DNA of 64,000 nt from an uncultured virus (IMG/VR IMGVR_UViG_3300020048_000107) (lineage: Duplodnaviria > Heunggongvirae > Uroviricota > Caudoviricetes): the IMG/VR virus record IMGVR_UViG_3300020048_000107. One strand, written 5' to 3'. The translations under genes were made by a program, and so were the position numbers. Shown here one piece after another: positions 37,386 to 51,814 of the stretch. Positions within the stretch are counted from its first letter, which is position 1. Every line of letters starts with the position of its first letter. The notes beneath the pieces are model-generated. The model had not been told where the DNA came from. It did not search any database and saw nothing but the letters and a program-made list of their open reading frames with translations.

Positions 37386-40300
37386 ATGAGTAAAGTTAGA
37401 AAATATCAGAGTGGTAAAAAAGTTGAAGCTGGTACAGCACAAACCTCCGCTCCTAAATATAAAGTGATTCTTGACGGTAAAGAAGTTGAATTTACTGACG
37501 AAGAATTAGATGACGCCTGGAGTAATATTGCTGTTAAAAATATACTCAAACAAGGTGGTATTAAAGAAGATGATTTAAACGCTAGATATGTAGAATTTAA
37601 AGATCAAGCTAAAAGTGGTACTTATAGTTTTGACGTTGCTCCATCATAGACTCTTTCGGGTGCTTATGAAGGCGATAGTGCGCAATTAGGTACAGACAAA
37701 AAAATTAGAGGTATAGATAAGATCTTTGGTATAAAAAACGAAGGTAAACAAATGAATACTGTTAACTACTATCTTCCGATGTAGTTAAGACAAAAATCCG
37801 GAGAAAGGGATGCCTCTGCAAAATCTGCATAGGATCAATAGGCTTAGGATGAAAAATCAAAATTTGAAACAGACACCGATAAAAAATATGCCTCCATAGC
37901 TAAAGGTTATGGTTATGGCGCATTGGCCTTTGGTGATGATTACATGAATGCTCTAAGTAATCCAGAACAACTTAAATCTATATTAAATTTAGGTTATTGG
38001 AATAAAGACGAAGCAACAAGAAGAGACTTACTTACAAAATCTGGAGCAGGTTTAAAAGACGTGCATGGTATGACCCCTGAGGAAGTAGCACATGTTGAAA
38101 CCAAATACCCAGGCTTTTCTCAAAAAAGAGAAAGAATATTAAAATATTACGATCCTACATAGAATCAATTCAATTTCAGTAATCTTCCTAAATTCGAAGA
38201 TCTATATGAATATTCTAATGCTTAGGATGCTATGGAACAAGACAAATATTTGTTCGATGCAAGTACTTTAAAATCCGAATAGGATTTAAAGAAAGAAAAA
38301 GAAGATAAGGATTTAGGTACTGTTACTGAAGGTATAGATCTTGGTGATGATTACGTAGGTATAAATGATCCTACGAAAGAAGAAACATAGGATGCTTACA
38401 CTCAAATAATGGATCAAAGGGTTGAAATAGACCTTGATAAAGGAGAATTCGCTAACAACTCATTAATTACAAGTTTATTTCCTTCTTACAAACAAGGTAA
38501 TAAATATTTTATTGCTTGGCATACTAAAGGTGGTACTGGTTCAGGAACTGATAAATATTGGGTTCCTAAATTAGATGCTAATGGAGAAGTTGTTAATGAT
38601 GCTGAAGGTAAACCTCTGTTAGAAATTGTTACTTACGATTGGAAAAATAAAAAAGTAATTAGTCGTGAGACAACACCTAGAGAAGAAATCAAAAGACGTT
38701 ATTCAAAGGGTTATAATAACCCAATTAAAGAAGACATCGGTCATAGACTTATTAATGTTGATAAAGGATTGATAGGTGAAGATCAAAAGAGTCTTACTTA
38801 TACAGAGCCTAGTTCTACCAAACACACTATGTATGAAGAAGGTGGTATTTTAAAAGCTCAACAAGGTATGGTTTTTAAATATCGTGATGAAAACGATGTA
38901 AACTTATACGTAGAAAAAATATAGTAGGAAAAAGGAGTTGATTTACCTACTGCTCAAAACTACTACAACACTTGGGTTAAGACAGGAAAAATAAAACCCA
39001 TGTAGGTTAAACAACAGGAAGTCATCTAGGCTCCAGAATATGGAGAATAGACAAGGAAACTTGACGAATGGCATTCACAAAGTCTTAAGAATGTTAATGG
39101 TTGGGATGCTTTATCTAGTATTGATAAAGCTGATATTGGTGCTTTAATTGGGGATATAGGTGCTATCGCACTTCCAGGACCAATAGGATAGATATCTGGA
39201 TTATAGGGTGCAGGAGCAGGATTATATGCCGATGTTAAAAGAGATGGTCTTGATTGGGGTGATGTTGGTATTGCTGCTTAGGGTATTGGTACAAGTGCTT
39301 TATCATTAGTGCCAGGTTTAGGTTAGTCAAAATTACCCATGCTTGCAAAAACATTAAGTAGATTAGTGAAAAGTAAAACTGCCATGCCCATTATAAGAAC
39401 TGCCTTAACTGGTATTGGTGCTTATGGTGCATTAAAAATATTAGACAAAGGTATTACTCAAGGTTTTGAGAATTTAACTTTAGAGGATATGCGTCTTTTA
39501 GGTGCTGGAGTAATGGGTTTAAAAAATGCTAAAAATATAACACAAAAACAAGGAGCATACAAAGCTCAACCAATGGGTGAGAATCGTATTGTAACTGCAG
39601 AAATTAACACACCTAACGGAATTGTAAAACATAAAGTTGTTTTATCATCTGATGAAGTAGCAAACATAAAACGTGCAGGAGGTGTAGGGTTTGAAGGTAA
39701 AACACAAGCTCAAGTAACACAAGACATAATACACAGTAAAATAGCTAAAGATGCTAATCTCTCAAAAGCGATTGGTTAGGAAATAAAAGCTACTGATATA
39801 TCTGTCCCCACCAAAACAACTTACGAAGGTATTAAAAGTGTATGGAGTCCTAAGTAGAGAGGTACAGCTGTCAAGATGGAAGATAAAGGCATAACTATTG
39901 ATGCCCCAACAACATTGAAAGACACTAAGTTAGCCAAATTAGGAAGATTTCTTTATACTGGTGATCCAAATGCAGCTTAGTTTAAAGCAAGAGAATTACC
40001 GAAAAGAAGTTAGGAAACAATTTATAATCCAGAAGTTTCTCTACAACGAGTAGGTAAAACACCTGAAGGTAAATTTATTAAAGAAGGTAGTACTACAGAA
40101 GTCAATGCAAAGTCTAAGATTGAACTTGATCAAACAAAACAAGTAAATGAAAAAGACGTAGACAAATTAATAGATCTACCAAAATTACAAAATGAACAAG
40201 CTAAAAACCTATAGAAATTACGTGCGTCGGGAAGTAAAGAATTCCCGATAGAAAAGAAAAAAGAAATAGAAAAGGTTTTAAAATCACTCGATAAAAATCT

Positions 40301-41795
40301 AAAAGAAGCTAAAAAAGCAAGTTCTAATTTGGATGCTACTGCGGATCCTGATATGAAACGTAATTTAAAAGATTTAATTAAGAATCAAGAATCTAAATTA
40401 AGCCAATTAAAACAAGGTATAAAATATCAAAAACCATAGCAAAAACCAAAAGCATTGTTGAATGCTGAGAATGAGAACAGAATGTCTAAATAGAAAAAGT
40501 TTTTATAGGATTATGCTTAGGGAAAAACAACTCCGGGTAAAAATCCTCTTTCTATGGATAAACAACAATAGAGACCAGAACCAAAAGGTCCAAAAGGCTT
40601 ATTAGAAAAACCTTTTGAAATGAAACCTACGGGTGCTGATAAAGTGAAACGTGGAAGACCAAAGAAAAAATTAGAATTAGGAGGTGTATTAAAGTTTCAA
40701 AGTAGTGGTTCATTTCCAATCTACGATCCTTTAAAAAAGAAGTGGGGGAAAGAACCTATGTGGTATCCTTAGAAACCTGTCGAAAGACCTGCTTATTAGA
40801 TTGACAATTCTCCAGAATCACCAATGCAGTATTTGGATACGGAAAAAGATTTGGAGTTGAATATGGGTATGTTACCTAATTCACCATTCAATTTACCAAA
40901 ACTAGAGAGACCAAAATCAGAAAGATTACAATTAACTAAACGGGAATTTCCAAAAACAATAAGTAGTGCGAGGGTACATACAGCTTCTGGACAAACAAAA
41001 CCTCTTCCAAAGTTTTAGATTGATCCTATATGGGGATTAAAAGCTGCAGAATTATTAAACTCTATTCGTGCTACCAAAAGACAAGACACTAACGTGAATG
41101 TACCTATAGCTCAACAAATGTAGGAACACATGCCAACTGTAAGTGGAAGTTTAAATTTAGAACAAGGTTACACGGATAAAGCCAATACTTAGCGAACGTT
41201 AGCAAATTTACCTTAGACCGCTGACGCGGGGGTAAATCTATAGCAAAGATCTCAATTAGAATCTAAGCTTAGAGATTTCGAATCGGAAGGTCGTCTTAAA
41301 GGTCTTATGTTAAGACAACAAGGTCAAGACAAGAAAGATTAGTTAATAACTAATTACAATCAGTCAAGACAATAGGTATAGAATGCAAATGTTGCTTAGA
41401 GTGCTGAAGGGTAGAATCAAGAAAGAGCAAATAACAATTTAGTAGCACAAAGATCATCAGACTTGTTAAGTGAATTTATGTAGAATAAAGCACAAGTATT
41501 ACAAACTGATAAAATGCAAAATGAAGGTTATCAACAGAAATTATCGGAGTTATAGTTATCTAAAGATATAGAAGATAATCCAATCATAAAAAAGAATATG
41601 GATGAGTTCATAAGATTGACAGATTTAGCACAAAAAAACAACGGGGTACTTTCAGAATAGGATAAACTAAGGTATGACAAGTTAAAAACTTGGAAGAATT
41701 AGTTATATAATGAACAACTTAGAACACTGTATAGTGGGAAAGTTGCTGGAAAACCCTATGAAGCAGGTACATTTCAATTTAATCAAGAAGTTTAA
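37386..41795 (+). CDS. Large virion cargo / ejection protein (1469 aa)
   Basis: Five fragments in frame; Gly/Ala-rich hydrophobic region at about 39130-39520. Confidence 0.7.
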
Positions 41796-43723
41796 TGAAA
41801 GTTATAACAAAAGAGAAGGGTCAATACGAAAGTAGCGACCCTTTATTTTTACAACAAGGTGGTGATGTTAGTGGTAATGGTTCGGTTTTCGGAGGCAGAT
41901 ATCGTCCTTTAGTAACCGGTCAAGGCACAGCTACACAAACACAAGATAAAAAAGAAAAATCAGATTCTAATAGTAGTGATATTATGGGTAAAGGTCTTAT
42001 AAATCAAATTATGGGTAAGGGTATTACCAATGACGTATATGCTAATATACAATCTTTTATGGACATTCAAGAAGCTTATAATAGGTTAACTGACACAGAA
42101 AAAGCTTCTAGTCAAGGTATAATGGTATTACAACAAATGTAGTTTTAGTCAGGTAAAGCACACGAAATATTACGAAACGCAGAAGTATTTAAAAACGCAC
42201 AGCAACAAACTGTGTAGAAAGATGCTATGGGAGAATTGGCAGTGACTACATCAACCCTTATTCTACAAGCACCAAACGGTAAAATAATACAAATTACACC
42301 AGAAGAGTATTCTTCTTTATCTAAAGAAGAAAAAGAAACTTTCAAACCATTAACAAACGCCAGATTAATAAACGAGAGGGAAACCTCGGCGGCTTTATAG
42401 GGAGATACTGAAAGTTTTCAATAGTTAAATAGCAGTACTAGTGTAACTAACATACACAAAGAAATACAAAGTGTTATAAGTAATTTAGCTGTAAACACTT
42501 CTAAACGGAGTTATGATTCATACAATGATCCTTCAGGAAAATTAATGGAGGGTTTACAACAATTAAAGAGCATTTCTGATAAACCAATTGATAATATATT
42601 AGTATCTATCGAAGAGTCCAGTAATGAGTCTTCCGCACAAGATGCTCTACAAGCAATGTGGAGTAGTTTAGGTGAAAATAGTAAAGTTCTGTTAAAATCT
42701 AAAGCAGCTTTATAGGGTTATTCTTAGAATCAATTAGAAGATGTTGCTAAAAGTTATTTAGTGCAACTTTTAAAACCAAGGATATCGAAGTCAAGTGATG
42801 TTTCTCAAAAGGTTGACTTTGGTCCAAAAGAAAAAGATGGTTCGTCTAGTGGAAGTGGTGCTGGAGAAGGTAAAGGTGATGCCATGGGCCCATGGGATAT
42901 GTTCTAGAATGATGTTACACCGAACAGAGAAATGGTTGAATTTGCTCCAGAAGGAACAAGTATTTAGTTTTCTGCACCGGCCTAGTCATATGGTCCAATG
43001 CGAAAGCAAGATAAGAACCCATATAGAAATGTTACCTTAGGTGATATTCCGGAATTGAGTACTGTTACCAATAAGGATTCTGCATCGTTAGGTGGATCAA
43101 TGTCTTTAAACAACGCTTTACAACAAGGTATTGCCTATAATGGAGATGCTTTATATAGAGTTTTATTACCTTATAAAGTTGACCCAGACACTAAAGACAT
43201 AACCCCGAACTTTGATATACTACCTAAATATGAACTTTAGGTTAAAGAAATAAACAATCTGACTAAACAAGGTAAAACTTTGACTGTTGGCGCAAAAATG
43301 AATATCTTTAAGAAGTATGGTATTACAGACTTAAATGCTAATGGTGAACCAAGACAAGTAAAAGATTTCTAGGTTACACAAGCTTATGTTTCTGAATATC
43401 TCTACGATTTATTAGATGATAAATCTAAATAGTTTTTAACTGAATAGGATGATGAAGGATCGAAAGCTATAATGAGAGAAACTTACAAAGACAAATCGAA
43501 ATCTGATATTTGGGATGACGATGATGTTTATAAGGGTTTGATATTTTATCCAATCGATGAAGGTGCTGGAGTTATGGCAGGATAGTTAAATGATGGTGGT
43601 ATGAAGTCTGGAACTTTAGCTTAGAGAAGATATAACTATCAGGAAAGAACAGGACAAATTAATCAAACAAGATATCAAAATATGGATATTAATGCTTTAA
43701 ATGAATATTATGATAGAAAATAA
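41795..43723 (+). CDS. Putative virion cargo protein (642 aa)
   Basis: ORFs at 41795 and 42998 are in frame; starts at a TAATG overlap. Confidence 0.7.
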
Positions 43724-46700
43724 TGCTGTAAAAAGACCTAATGACTGGTTTGTAGCTAACGCTTTAAATCCTAGTGCGTCATTACAGGACTTTAAGACAA
43801 TGGCTATACAACCCGAAAATACAGGTCTGGAAGACTAGACCTATTATAAGGGTTTACCGGCCGTGCAAAATATGTTTAAGAATAAAGAAGGGAAGTTTGA
43901 TGATGACGCTTTTAATACATTTTATAGTGGTATCATCAAAAGTTATAATGATTTTTCAAACGAAAAATATGACTTAAAAAACTTTTCCGACAATCTAATA
44001 TATAGCCCATATGATTTTACAGGTAGTCCATCCGTAAATGTTAAACCTTACAAAGTACAAATTTCAAAAATCTTCAACCCAACTAGTTAGAGAGTTGGTG
44101 TTGAGGCAATAGGTCATTGGAGTGAAAGCCCATTTACAATGCGAGAAATTGCTCAAACACAAGAAGTTAAAAATCAAAAGGGGTTAGGTCTTGGATTTAC
44201 CCCTAATGACGATAATAAAAGTGGTGTTTGGGATTTCCTTAAAAACACTGTAAGTGGTACAGGTAGTTAGGCTTTGGCACAATGGACAGAAGATGGTACT
44301 CATATTGATGATTATACTGGTACTTCTGCAACACATAAAAAAGGAGATTATAAATATAACGAGTTAGGAAAACCCTTCTATGAAACTTTAGAAGGTAAAT
44401 CCCCTGTGAATAGACAATTGTTAACAGTGTGGGATACCATTACTGTTGATGGTTCTACATAGGACAAATGGAATTATATGAGTAGTGATGATAAAGACAA
44501 AACCATAACCGGTTCTGTATTAAAAGCTACTACAAGAATGTTACCCTATGCTATACCTGGTTTAGGCCAATATTATGCATGGTCAACAGCAGCTTTAACA
44601 TTAGCTGAATTTGGACCACAGATAGGAAAAATGTTAGGTGGTTTTATGAGTGGTGATGAATTTAAAAATTCAGACACTTATTCTTGGTTAAACTCATTGG
44701 AGAGTTAGTCAAAAAGTTTATCACCAACTTCTGTTTCTGATGCTTCTATGGAAAAGATGTGGACATTTGAAAATGTGTTTAGTATTTTACCAGAAGTATT
44801 CATACAATTAAAAGAACAACGTGCTATTGCTAATATACCTAAATATTTAGGTTTGACTTCTGCTGATGCTAAATAGTTAAATCATATAGCTAAGAGTAGA
44901 GGTCCACAATAGATGGAAGAAGTTAAACGCCTATGGTAGGAAGCAGACAAAATAAAAGACCCGGGTGGAGCTTTTATTAAGAAACAAATGGCTCTTTTAC
45001 AACAGGATCCAGAATTATTAGCTTTGTATTCTACTTGGGTTAAAAATCAAAATCGTGTAGCTAAAGGTTTAGCGATTGGTTATATGACTGCAGCCTCATC
45101 AGGAGGTGTAGAAGAAGTAGTAGATCAATTCGATATTGGTGCTAAAGATGGTGCTTGGATGAAACTTGGTGTATTAGCCGCATTCTGGTCGTCTATGAGT
45201 TATTTTAGTTTTGGGGATTGGTAGGTACAATATGCTATAGGTTTAGACGATACTGCCAAACTGTTAAAAAGTTCTTAGAGACAAGCTGCTAAAGAGTTTA
45301 AAGACATAGAGTTAAAATACGCAGGTGTAGCAGAAGCTGAAAACATTCTTAAAAAGAAATTTAAAGATAGTTTAAAGGGATTAAGCGGTACACAATTTTT
45401 TGAAAAAGGTAAAGAATTGGGTTAGAAAATAGCTTCAAAAATAAAGGATACTACTTATTAGACATCAATGATAAAAGAAGGATTGGAAGAAATTTCAGAA
45501 GAAACTTTTATTGATGGTGCAAAACATACATACAATATATTCTTTGATTTAGGATTAACTAAAAACAAAGACAAAAAAATTAATTGGGATAACGATGAAA
45601 TATTTTCTCGTTATGCTTTATAGGGTATTGGTGGTGCATTAGGTGGAGTTTTATTTCACGCTAATGACATGTTAACCAAACCAGTAAGAGATAAAGTTGA
45701 AGACGAAAACTTTGGGAGAATAGCAACCAATATGATTCGTAATGGAAATTAGTAGGATGTTTATCGTAGTATCGATAAGATAAAAAATAGTGAGATGGGA
45801 TTTGCTTCTAAAAATTTAAGCTTTAGTACGTTTGAAAGAAAAGAAGAAGGTGATGAAGTAATTAGAACTTTTGCTCCCTAGGGATCAGACAAATTAAGTC
45901 AAAACGAAGTCATAGCAAATTATTTACGTGACCAAGTTAAATTAATGGAAAAGGGTATATTTGAAGCAAAGATACCTTCTGATGCTGACTCTCAAGATAT
46001 TTTCTCACAAAGAACTAATAGTTTAATAGAATTAAATACTCATACTGCCTACAGAGATGATTTAAACAAACTAGTAGGTGAATATTTAAACTTGTATGAC
46101 AAATACAATGCTTTAAGTAAAGAAGAAAATGATACTGATTTACATAAGAAAGCATTAAGTGATTTAAACTTAGAAGTACAAAGTAAGAAAGAACAAATAA
46201 AAGAATTAAAATCGGAAGAGTCTTTAGGTAAATATTATAGTGAGGCCTTATTTAATTTAGACACTGTATTGAGTGAAAGTTATTTAGCTACATTAAACAA
46301 TAAAGAAGTTAATGTAGAGGATATCTCACAAGCATTATATCAGAAAGATTACAATGTTTTAAATGAAACTCAGAAGTCAATCGTAGACGGTAAAACAAGT
46401 GAATTAGGTAAACGTGAAAAACTACGTATTGCTAAAGTTTTATTTGATCAACATGCAAAATTAATAAGAAATACAGTTGGTCCAGTAGATTTGTTTTTGC
46501 AAACTAGAAAAGACATATATGATTTACAACAGAAAGTAGAATTTGATTTTGATAATGTAGAAGAAGAAACATTAAATTAGGCACCTTAGTTTGCTAGGAA
46601 AGGTATAAAAGAATTTTTAAATCTACCTAATGTATTAAGTTTCTTTACAAATCAATATGAGGATCCTAAACAACAGGAGAAATACAATAAAGAACAAGAG

Positions 46701-49700
46701 AAATAGAGTGGTAAATTTGTTGAAGGAACTCAATTTTATCAATATGCTAATCAACTGATTGATCAATATAATCAGGATCCGAATAGTATTTCTAACGAAG
46801 AATTTTTACTATTACAATATTTATCTAAAAAGTTAGGTGCCCAAGCGATATCATTCAAAGATATTACTACACCATTTTTTTATGAGTTAAGTAAAGATAG
46901 ATTGTAGGAAGCCGGTGTAGAAAGTTTTGAAGATTTTCAAAACATTATGAGTAATTATAATGATCCTGACGTATAGACAGAATACAACAATAAGACGGTC
47001 GATATCTCACATCCTGCTGACGTGTTTGACATTCAGACAGAAACATTATCTAATTCACCATTCCAATTTGTAAAATCGGTTTTATTAGATTCAAACAAAG
47101 GTAAAGCTGTTGATATGGTTGTAGAATTATATGGTAAAATAAAGGATTCTAAATTAAACATTAGCCCATCTTTCTCATAGTTGGAAATGTTATTGAAAGC
47201 TTTAAACATACAATACAAATCTGATCCAAAAAACATTCTGAATTTGATAGAGTTTGAAAGATAGAGACTCTTAGAAAAACCACTTGAAGAATATATATTA
47301 CAATCAGAAGTAACATTAGAAGAAATAAAAAGGTAGAAATAGTTGTTAGAAAGATTGAAGGTGGTCATACACGCTTATATTGATTTCTCAGTCGACCCAA
47401 ACACAGCTATAGGTTATTTCCCGGCTATAAATGAGTATAATAAGCGTAATGGTATTTAGGATGAGTATGAAAAATTATCATTGGAGTCTGCATTACCGCT
47501 ATTTAATTATATTGCGCATACTGCTTCAAGATTAGATTACTTAGAAAAATTATCATTATATAATTTACAAAGTAAAATACCTAATAAAGAGAAATCAGAA
47601 ATTGTAATGAACGTATTACAATTTAGAGAGTTCTTAAAAAGAATAAAAAACATCGATGCGTTTAAAGATTTAGAAAAAAATTTAGGAATAAACACTATAT
47701 TTACCGAAGCTTTTGACACTAAAGTATTATCTGACAAACTGTTAGAAATGCCTACCACAGAAATACAAGGTATATTAACTGAAATTTGGAGGTTTGAATC
47801 TGAAGTATATAAAATTTAGCAATAGCAAGATGAATCATTTAACGATACAATTGTACGAAATTTAATATCTACACAAACCGATCTAAAAGAAATAGAATCA
47901 GATGTTGTAGACGAGCGATTCACCATATATGGTAAGAACACTACCGAAGTAAGAAAGTTAGACACTTTATTATATGGTATGAGTGTTATGTTTGGTGATT
48001 CTAAAGAGTTCTTAAAAGACTTACAAATACTAAGTAATAGTGATTTTGAATACGCGATGTTTGGTGATCAACAGCAATAGTTTAAATTTGCACATCACTT
48101 CATTCAAAGCAGTATTATTAAACCGGATACTAAAGTTAGTTAGAAGACATTGTTGGATTCGTTATTTAACATTCTTTCTAAAGAAGGCAGTACATTACTT
48201 AGAAAAGAAGTTTAGGATGAGGTAAGAGAACCATTTTTGAAAAACATATTATCTATTTATGGTGTATAGGGTACAGGTAAAACATCTGTTGTTTTAGATT
48301 TCATAACTAAAACTCTAGCTTTACATGGTTTAAATAGTGTTAGTTTAGCAAGTACTGAAAACATATCTACAAACTTAGCTAAAAATATCACACATAATGT
48401 AGTTAGTAACCCTAAAGTTTAGAATTTAGATCAATTACTAAATGCTATTTTTGGAGATGACAACTACAATAAATTAAAAGAAGAATTAAAGAAACCTTAG
48501 ATAGAAGATGGTGTACAATTATTAGAAGAAACTAGATTTGGAGCACAGTATCCCAATCTTAACCCATCTAATGAATTGATAGTTAAAATTTTATAGAACA
48601 TAGAAAAGAATTCAAATCACGATTTATTATTGGATAAGAATTTAATAAGTGTTATTTTAATCGACGAATCCACACAAATACATAGTGTGACAATAAAACT
48701 ACTTGATAAATTTATAAGTTTATACAACAGTAAACGTAATGGAAAGTTAACTTTAATTACAACTGGAGACTGGAGACAACCTGGAGCAATTATAAAAACT
48801 GAAGGAAAAAATGGTATTGAGATTTTATCTGCTCAAGCACAGCAATTCTTTTCTTTTAAAAGCTTAGATTTAAACTCTAGTTTACGTGTGGACAATAATA
48901 TGAAGACTGTCAACTCTAAAAACTTATCTGTTTTAGCCGAAGAAAGTACAAAACTCGCTTCTCTACCAACAGATGACATAAAGAAAGTGACATTGAAATA
49001 TTATGAAGAGAAAGAAGAGTTTTAGGGAGATAAAGCGGTAGATTATAATGATGCTAAATACAATTATGAAACAGCATTAAATAGGTTTATTAATTTATCA
49101 GCTACAAAAAATAAAGGTGTAGCAATCATAACTGATACAACGAATACCAAGTTGATAGCTTTAGGATAGAAGCTAGGTGTAGATGTACTTCATCCAGACA
49201 ATATGAATGGTGTTGAGTACGATTATGTATTGGTAGACATAGACTTATCTGATTTAAACAAATCATTTGGTATATATACTAAATACATCAATGGTGCTTT
49301 AACCAGGTCGAGAAAAGGAACTTACATAAATAAAAGTGTTTTCAATATATTCCCACAATTAAAAATAGACTGGTTTAAAGACAATACCCTCTACGACATT
49401 ACTTTACCAAAAGAAAAAATAGAGTAGTATAAACAGAAGAGAATAGATATGATAAATGAGATTTAGAAAGACTTAGAAGTTAGTACAGAAATAGTATCTA
49501 TAAAACCTCCTGTAGTAAAATAGAGTAATAGTTAGACTTTTGTTTTAGGAGATAGTGGTAAACCAAAAGAGAAAACCGGTGATGATTTAATATATGATCA
49601 TTTAAACAGTATAACAGACGAGAAAGAAAAGAAAGAAAATGAAGTGCTGTAGAAATATAGTCTAATACGTTCAGGACATAAGTTTTCAAAAATTGCTATA

Positions 49701-51803
49701 GAAAGAAACAATTCTAAAGAGAATTTTATAGAAAGAGAAATGTTGGATCCAGAGAACAGGACTAAACATATAGAAACTATTCGTTTAAAAGCTAAAGAAT
49801 TGTTTATATAGAATCATTATTTAGAAGTACAAAGATCACAGCACGACTTAATGAAGGATTTAGTGAAACACATTAATGATAATGTAACAAATCCTGTTTA
49901 TAATGTGGATCTTGTGGTTTATGAGAGGGATACTTTCTAGAGTGAGGAATTTGTTGATGCAAAAGACAAAGAAAAAACAACATTCGTTTATGCCATAAGA
50001 CTAAGTTTGGGTGGCGAAAGATATAGTTATTTACCTTTAGGTATATTGTCCAACTATACAAAAAACAAAGAAGATCAAAGTATAAAAGCTATGTTCTCTA
50101 GTTTCTTAGAAGGTGAAGATTATGCTAATGATGGTGAAGATATAGAATTGGATAAATCTAGAGTGTTAGAATTTTTAGGTTCAACATTTAACTTAAGTAT
50201 CAATGGTGGAAATAAAGTCACACTTAAAGACTTGAGAGAGAAAGGATTAGTTGTTTCTAAAGTGTTTATAACCAGAAAAGAAACAGACAATAATTCTCGT
50301 TTAAAGAATGCATATTTTGATAACGGTAGAGAATTTGTATTAGTTAGTTCAGACACTAATTTATCACCAGATGAATTAATGAATCAATTTGAATCTGAAA
50401 TACGTGAAGCTGCTAAAAACAAAACTAAAGCTGAAAGGGATCCTTTATCAAAAGTTATAGGTTCCAGTTCTAGTAAGGTTAGATTGGTGGGTTTGGATAG
50501 ACAAGGTTTGAAATTTGACGATTGGTTAGAAGCAATTTCTAAAAGTCGTTTAAATAAAGATGATGTAACTAGAAAGTCATTGGGTGATGCGTATGTAGCT
50601 TAGAGTTTGTTTAAAGAACTGACTAAAGAATACGAGCGTATAGGTAAAGAAAAGAATCCAGACAACGACGAATTAGAATTCCAAAAGTTTTTTAAATCAA
50701 TCATAGAAATAATGGAAGTAGTTTTGGCAACGGAAGAAAGCAAGTTGTTACCAATTTTGAAAAGTTATGATAAATCCAAAACCATAATGAACAAATTGGA
50801 ATCTTTAACTTACGATGAGACAAAAAACTTATTTAAACCTAGTCATATATTTGTTTATGTTTTACAAACAGCCTTAGAGGGTGGCTCTATTTATCAAAAT
50901 GGTAAACAATTTAAATTAGAACCAAAAGAAAACTTTACAGAATTCAAGAAAATAAATGGTTCTGATTCTAAAAGTATTATAAATTACATAACTAAATTGT
51001 TCCAATACGATGATTCTTTCTTCAAAAATGGTATCTTTTATACCGCTCAATTTATAGGAACAGCAACAGCCGGGGAAGCACATCAAGACTGGTATGGTAT
51101 TTAGAATGTAGATGCTTCGTCAGAAGATTACTTTTAGATAAGTGATGTGGAACTACCAAGTTTTAGATTACCTTACGATCCAACGGACAGTAACAATCTG
51201 AACATTATGGAAGTTGTAGCAATTAATAATCGCGAACAAAAAGAAGAAACCAAATAGGAAATGAATGTAAAACCAATAGAACAATTAAAAAGTGTGGAAT
51301 TGGAAGAGTTTAGAGTTAATATGGGTAGCTAGTTAGCTGATGTGGATTTAGATGATAAATCACATATAAATTATATGTCTGTGATGGATAGTGTTGATGA
51401 TACAAAAGACACTGTTGAATCTTTAATCACACAACTAAATCAGTTTGCATTGACAACTAAAAGTCATGAGGTTATAGAGTTTGAATTGAATAGTAAAGGA
51501 ACGATTGTATTAAAAAAACAAATCCAACAAACTACGGATGAAGCTTTAGAAACAGCCAAACAGAAATTGACAACTCTATTCAACACAATTAAATTGGACG
51601 AAGAATATGAACAAACAGAAGATAAATTTAGTGATGCTGAAGCATTTTTAAAATAGATTGAGAACGAAGATATAGACAAACTTCACAACTATCTATCTTT
51701 TATTGACGATCAAGATCAAAGAGATATGTTAGATGAGTTAATAGAAGAGTTTAAAAAAGAATGTTCAGGTTCTTCTGGAATAAGTGAGGATGCACCATTT
51801 TAA
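43710..51803 (+). CDS. Giant virion protein (2697 aa) with hydrophobic segments and an SF1 helicase-like P-loop domain
   Basis: Eleven fragments in frame. Walker A GV*GTGKTS (48261), Walker B ILIDEST, GD.RQ, G.EYDYV, ALTRSRKG. Confidence 0.8.
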
Positions 51804-51814
51804 AAAATAAAAAT

